64,000 nt of DNA from Patella caerulea (taxonomy: Eukaryota): contig JAZGQO010000002.1 in assembly GCA_036850965.1 (NCBI GenBank), positions 26,932,901 to 26,996,900 of the forward strand. The letters run 5' to 3'. A model generated the notes under the pieces. That model ran no database searches. It was not told the DNA's origin and was given only the letters and a program-made list of their open reading frames with translations. Made by a program: the position numbers and the translations under genes. Below, piece by piece: positions 57,718-64,000 of this stretch (within the stretch, counting starts at the first letter, position 1; each line of letters starts with the position of its first letter).

Positions 57718-58559
57718 ACATTCATTAATTATAAATAATAGCATTTAAACAAAATTATAATTATTTTATTGTATCTGAACTTATATTTATTGACAAGATT
57801 TTACTCTGGTCTGAAATTTAGTAATGATGCCTTAACTACAATTATTGGTCTAGATAAAACTAGCATCAGTTGTGTAATAGAAATTGGTTGTTCATTGGTA
57901 GCCTATACAGTTCATGCAATAAGGTATAGACAATTCAAGCTAATTTGTGTATCATAGCGAGACAATTATGGCTGGAATGATTCAGACACAATACCAGATA
58001 ATCCATCAACTTCATCATCATCATATTTAACTTTATATTTGGGATGGATATCCTGTTTCACTGTTAGAATCATTTAGTTTGTGTAATATTTACATTATAT
58101 TCAATATATTTATATCAAGTTTTATCTTCATCTTGTATTGTTTTTGGTAGTGTAAAAGATTTATTATAAAATTGTTGGTGGAGATGAGGTAATTCTTTAA
58201 TTCTATGTAACTCTGTTGATGGGTCCAGAATTTTATCTATAAAAAGCGTTGTTAAAGAAAATAAATATTTCTATACTGCTGCCATGGGTTTTTAATCCTA
58301 GACATCACTGCTAACACCTTAGAAGTCCTAATAGAGAATAGGGGAAACAATTTTTGAACATCTTCAAATTGCCATTAAAGGGCCAATCCCGATAACTTTC
58401 TGAGGAATAAAACTGCTTAATTTTGTGTTAAAATCCCTTAAAACCCATTACCTAAGGCCGACCAACTAACACGATATTTGTGATAAGCTTGTAAATAACT
58501 TAAATCTGACAGTCTTCATCTGGAAATGGAGACCATTGTATTATACAGTATGTGGATAA

Positions 58560-60753
58560 AACCAGACTTTTTTCTATAAAGATAGGCTGGCACTGCCAGG
58601 CAGGATACGCCCACATTTTCGAGAGATGGATAGAGAACAAGCAATACCAAAAGTGATTTTTCCTACATCATTAAGTTAGAATTTGATATGTGCAAATATT
58701 GAAATGAATTAAGATATTTGGGTTAGAAAGGTTCATTTCAGTAGGCTTCAAATTCGACTGGGGATCATGTTGCTAAGTGGGTAAGATGCTGGCTTGGTTG
58801 CCTTGAGGTTTGGTGTTTGATCCCTGCATTGGGTGACAAAGTTCATCTAGATTTTCTAGCGTGGTTTCCCCTTGTTCGTGATGAAGGATGGATGGCCTGA
58901 CAAGAACAGCTGTCAATTTTAGTCCGATTTTCACGAAATTCGACCTCAACCTTCATTATGATGTAACGGTGATATAATCAAACGTTTTTTTAAATGGGAT
59001 AATAATTCTGACCCCAGAGGGACCACAAGCTAAAAAAGATAGGCTGGCACTGCCAGGCAGGATACGCCCACATTTTCGAGAGATGGATAGAGAACAAACA
59101 ATACGGAAAGTGATTTTTCCTACATCATTAAGTCCTGTATTTCATACTGTATTGGGAGCAGCCATTTTGTTGGTCAGTTCCAGTCTGATATTCATGAAAT
59201 TCGAAGTCGACAATGATTATGGTGTGACGGTACACAACCTAGAAATGTGACTTTTCGTCAAAATCGGATAAGAATTGTGACCTGTACAGAGTCAACAACC
59301 ATGATATACCATATCTTTACACTATTCGCGTACAAACGGCGACCATTTCGTCCGGCAATTTTGGTACCATTTTCACGAAATTCGAATAATTCAGGAAGTT
59401 ACGATCCGATATGCGCAAATACCGAAAGGAACCAAGATCTTTGGGTTATAACCATGCATTTCAAGTTTCATCAAAATCGAATTAAAATTGTGACCTTTAC
59501 AGGGTCCACAACCTTGATATACCATTTTTTAACAGTATTCACGTACAAACGGTGGCCATTTTGTATGGCAATTTTGGTCTGATTTTCCCGAAATTCGAAC
59601 TCAACCTTCCTTACGGTGTAACGGTAATATAATCAAACGTTTTTTTAAATCGGATAATAATTGTGACCTCCAAGCTAAAAAAAAAGGCGATTTTGCGTAT
59701 AATCAGGGGCCATAATTCAGGAAGTTACGATCCGATATGCGCAAATATCGAAAAGAAGCAAGATCTTTGGGTTATAACCTTGAATTTCAAGTTTCATCAC
59801 AATCGAATCAAAATTGTGACCTCCACAGGGTCCACAACCTTGATATACCATTTTTTAACAGTATTCGCGTACAAACGGCGGCCATTTTGTATGGCAATTT
59901 TCGTCCGATTTTCCCGAAATTCGAACTCAACCTTCCTTAGGGTGTAACGGTGATATAATCAAACGTTTTTTTAAATCGAATAATAATTGTGACCTCCAAG
60001 CTAAAAAAAAGGCGATTTTGCGTATAATCAGGGGCCATAATTCAGGAAGTTACGATCCGATATGCGCAAATATCGAAAGGAAGCGAGATCTTTGGGTTAT
60101 AACCATGAATTTCAAGTTTCATCAAAATCGAATCAAAATTGTGACCTCCACAGGGTCCACAACCTTGATATACCATTTTTTAACAGTATTTGCGTACTAA
60201 CGGCGGCCATTTTGTATGGCAATTTTCGTCCGATTTTCCCGAAATTCGAACTCAACCTTCCTTAGGGTGTAACGGTGATATAATCAAACGGTTTTTTAAA
60301 TCGAATAATAATTGTGACCTCCAGAGGGACCACAAGCTAAAAAGGGTGATTTTTCGGATAATCAGGGGCCATAATTCAGGAAATTACATTCCGATAGCCG
60401 CAAATATCGAAAGGAACCAAGATCTTTAAGTTACAAACATGCATGTCAAGTTTCATCAAAATCGGTTCAAAATTGTGACCTCTATAGGGTCCACAAGCTA
60501 AAAACGTGATTTTTCGTACAATCAGGGGCCATAATCCATGAAGTTTTGATCCGATACATGCCAATATCGAAAGGAACCGAGATCTTTTGGGGATAAACCT
60601 ATATTTCAAGTTTCGTCAAAATCGGATAAGAATTGTGACCTGTAGAGAGTCCACAAACAAATTGTGGACGGACGTCCGGACGGACGGACGGACGTCCGGA
60701 CGGACAGGGGCGACGACATAATACGTCCACATGAAAATGTGGGCGTATAAAAA
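58560..60753 (+). mobile_element. HINE-like element with a ~325-bp satellite array (~5 monomers, 58890-60660), palindrome GTCCACAAACAAATTGTGGAC, (GGAC/GTCC)n microsatellite and hairpin terminus. ~100-bp direct repeats lie at 58563 and 59037.
   Basis: AATCAGGGGCCATAATTCAGG recurs at 59703 and 60028 (period 325). Terminus GACAGGGGCGACGACATAATACGTCCACATGAAAATGTGGGCGTATAAAAAG at 60706-60753. Confidence 0.7.
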
Positions 60754-61468
60754 GGTCATTTTTCGTACAATCAGGGGCCATAATTCAGGAAGTTACGATC
60801 CAATGGGCGCAAATATCGAAAGGAACCAAGATCTTTGGGTTATAAACATACATGTCAAGTTTCATCAAAATCGGTTCAAAATTGTGACCTCGATAGGGTC
60901 CACAACCTTGATATAACATATTTTCACACTATTCGCGTACAAATGGCGGCCATTTTGTTTGTTAATTTTGGTCCAATTTTCACGAAATTTGAACTCAACC
61001 CTCATTACCATGTAACGGTGATATAATCAAACGTTTTTTAAAATCGGATAATAATTTTGACCTCCAGAGGGACCACAAGCTAAAAAGGGCGATTTTTCGG
61101 ACAATCAGGGGCCATAATTCAGGAAGTTACGATCCGATGGGCGCAAATATCGAAAGGAACCAAGATTTTGGGGTTATAAACATGCATGTCAAGTTTCATC
61201 ACAATCGATTCAAAATTGTGACCTCTATAGGGTCCACAAGCTAAAAACATGATATTTCGTACAATCAGGGGCCATAATCCATGAAGTTCTTATCCGATAC
61301 ATGCCAATATCGAAAGGAACCGAGATCTTATGGGGATAAACCTATATTTCAAGTTTCGTCAAAATCGGATAAGAATTGTGACCTGTAGAGAGTCCACAAA
61401 CAAATTGTGGACGGACGGACAGGGGCGACGACATAATACGTCCACATGAAAATGTGGGCGTATAAAAA
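60754..61468 (+). mobile_element. Second, shorter HINE-like element of the same 325-bp family, directly abutting the first (2 monomers plus terminus).
   Basis: Identical terminus at 61420-61468. Confidence 0.65.
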
Positions 61469-62640
61469 TAATATGTAGGTGAAATTTACCTTTTGTTATC
61501 AAGTACAGTACATGAGTCATTCACTGTATAGACCTCTCAAGAAATGTGAATCGATTATCAGGTCACCCAATGAAAAAATTGACCTGAAATCTTAAAAGGG
61601 TTATGTGTCCGGATAAGCAGTGTTGACGTTCACGTCCAAACGACTCAATATTTTGAGCTGAAATTTTGAGACAAGATAAATACACCATGCCTCTATATTT
61701 TGGTCCATAAATTTGCTAAACTCTCAGACTTTAATTTTTGAGACTCTGTTCTTATCGGGACTGTCCCTTTAAAATAAGTTTTAAAAAAGCTGAAAAGCAA
61801 ACTATTGATATTTGATTTACAGTGAGTTATGTCTGACATATAAAGTGTTATGTTGACCATGCATTTTAAGTTTAGAAGAAAATTAACAGGGTGCATCTGA
61901 ACATCACTACATATAAAGCATTAAACTAGATGATGAAAAAGCTGTAGTCCTGGCCAAAATATCCAGTAGAATAATTTTATAAAGACATGAAACTAATAGG
62001 GTTTAATGTCCTACTTTTGTGCACCAACTGGGCTTATGAAGGAATTTTACTGGATAGCAAAGTTACCCGTCAAATTACTGTCAAGAGTTTTTTCTGTGCT
62101 TACCAAAAGTACATGAATGGACCTCTGTTGTTTTTTTTGTCTCAACTGAATGATTAGATCCATTTTCCTTGGGTGAAAAATCATCAAGAATTTATGCATT
62201 AAACACTGGGATGAAACCCTGGACCCCTGTGTTACATAGAAGATGACTTGTCAGGCAAGATTTCATCAATTCAATATTAACAGGAGAAAATCTTCATGAT
62301 TCATGACCTAAAAAGTTTGGATTTGGTTAAGGCTTCGTCCTTAGGCCAAAACAAAATTTTAAAATTCCACTGAGAACTTCTATGAACACTCAGGAGCTTT
62401 GATATGCCATAACGAAAAACTTCACCAAGATTTAATCAGTTCTGTAACTCTTAATCCTGTAACAGTGTAACTAGTTCCAATGATATCAAAAAATTGACTG
62501 AAACAATACGCTGAGATTTCTTATAAAATAATTCTGAAGTTTCATAGATTATGACCAATCCTTACAAATTTGAAAAAATAAAATGTCAAGAACTTTGATT
62601 TGTAGAGTGTTCATAAGAAACTATGGCCGCACATGACGAC

Positions 62641-62675
62641 AATATACGTCCACATAAAAGGTGAGCATATAAAAC
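62641..62675 (+). repeat. Degenerate remnant of the HINE-like terminus (GACGACAATATACGTCCACATAAAAGGTGAGCATATAAAAC).
   Basis: Similarity to the conserved terminus. Confidence 0.4.
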
Positions 62676-63697
62676 ATTTCTATTTGTAATTTAATAAATC
62701 CTGTAAAAGGATACTGTGATAGGAGGAAACAATCTCTCTCATATTTCTAAACATCTTAAGTTTACCACAAACATGTATCATATCACCCAGTTCATATAGT
62801 TTTGGTTTACAGACATCATCTAATTTCTTTATCAATATACCTGGTAATCTTCTTAATGGATAATTATCAACTGAAAAACACAATGATCTTCATACTATAA
62901 TAAAAATAGCCGTTGTACTATTTAGATAATCTGATGAATATGTTGTTAAACAGAGAGAGCCAATGGCAGTCACCCACCCCACAAAAATTAGCAAATTTAA
63001 ATGTGGTATATAGATTCAATTATTGGCTTAAGCACAAGGATCTTCAGCAGTGGCAGTAGACTGGAGAAATTCTAGGACATTGCCTCCTGATAATGTACAA
63101 AGTATCGTGCAAATTTGGCATGAGAACCAGGACATTTTAATTGATGATGGACTTCACAATCTAAGGCACATGTGTTATACTGATTGGCCTCCCAACAACC
63201 ACCATTGGGTTGAACAATAGTTTATCATGACAAACAAATATTATAAGCTTGGATGGTGTACTGTGAATTGAATGACAAATATATATTTGGATGATGTTAA
63301 TTCGAATTTGAAAAACCTTTTGTTGTATAATGGTGATAAGATAAGATAAGATTTTATTGCATCGAAACGTCCATTTAGGACAGCATGCAATATAAACATG
63401 AACAGTCGATAACAATATGACCAATAATATTATCATTCATATATATGACAATGGTCATTTTCATATAGCTTATAATAATAATAATAACATTTACTAACAG
63501 GGCAGCATAATGTGTTACGTAAAAATTTACGTCAACCGAGTCCAGGTCAATACAATTATGATGCATGAGTATAATAAATACATAAATGACAAGAAGAGTT
63601 TGCATTGTTATTACAACAATAATGATAATGATAATATAAATATAGTAGTGGAAAAATGCAGAGAGTAATTTGATACAAGAGAGACAGGCTACACATA

Positions 63698-64000
63698 TTA
63701 TGACCTTAGATTCAATGCATGAAAAACAAAGGCACAAACTGAGTTTGTAACTGTTTTAGGTGGGTTAAACAGGTTTTCTAGGAAAAAGGATAGATAGTTA
63801 TCTGTAAGTTTCGGGTATATGTGTACCATACGCAAATCTTCATACAGTGGACATTCAAGTAAAAAATGAGATTGTTGAAGACCCAGCGAAGAAGTTGAAA
63901 ATAAAACAAGATCATCTGCAAATAGGAGATGGGATATTTTGAGATCACCAAGACAAGGAGCTGCTGTGTTACCATAAGTTCCTAAATCATTTCCATACAT
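63698..64000 (-). CDS. Fragment of a non-LTR retrotransposon reverse transcriptase (motif C region), running out of the window.
   Basis: ISHLLFADDLVLFSTS (the FADD/YxDD box) followed by …GL…N..KT-like sequence. Confidence 0.45.
   Translation of the reverse strand: MYGNDLGTYGNTAAPCLGDLKISHLLFADDLVLFSTSSLGLQQSHFLLECPLYEDLRMVHIYPKLTDNYLSFFLENLFNPPKTVTNSVCAFVFHALNLRS

Overview
Eukaryotic genomic window, almost certainly from a bivalve mollusc, with two clearly different parts.

(A) nt 1 to about 14,000 is GC-rich and gene-dense, with every gene on the + strand. It is the right-hand majority of an endogenized Maverick/Polinton (adintovirus-like) element. Its genes are: an OTU-like protease segment fused to a protein-primed family-B DNA polymerase (pPolB, Exo I-III and Pol A/B/C motifs readable), a death-domain protein, a triple CCHC zinc-knuckle protein, an A32/FtsK-like P-loop ATPase, a Pro/Arg-rich protein whose N-terminus copies the histone H3 tail, an rve (DDE) integrase with a C-terminal chromodomain, a candidate major capsid protein, a candidate penton protein, an adenain-type Cys protease and small basic/Cys-rich proteins. 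Nearly every gene sits 35-45 nt downstream of a TATAAAWRG box. The copy is decaying: an in-frame TAG splits OTU from pPolB, single-nucleotide frameshifts interrupt the integrase and the penton-like gene, and a tRNA-derived SINE with an 11-bp target-site duplication has inserted exactly between the TATA box and the ATG of the CCHC gene. The left end of the element lies outside the window; the right end is approximate.

(B) nt about 14,000 to 64,000 is AT-rich host DNA packed with repeats and mobile elements. At least eight elements share one architecture (satellite array, then a tetra- or dinucleotide microsatellite, then a conserved hairpin terminus) consistent with the Helentron-associated elements (HINE/pearl) described in bivalves. 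Also present are a 3.5-kb non-autonomous DNA transposon with about 400-bp terminal inverted repeats, a foldback element with about 230-bp arms, a Tc1/mariner element with TA duplications and a near-intact transposase, several SINE copies (one nested in a HINE-like element, one carrying a nested small inverted-repeat element), a 1.96-kb x2 tandem duplication built from 328-bp sub-repeats each headed by CCGGAAGT, a near-perfect 172-bp palindrome, and a LINE reverse-transcriptase fragment at the right edge. Host genes are a voltage-gated proton channel HVCN1 homolog (2 coding exons), a 3beta-hydroxysteroid dehydrogenase/NSDHL-family gene (4 exons) and possible death-domain-like and acidic-protein exons on the minus strand.

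No prokaryotic features (CRISPR, operons) are present.
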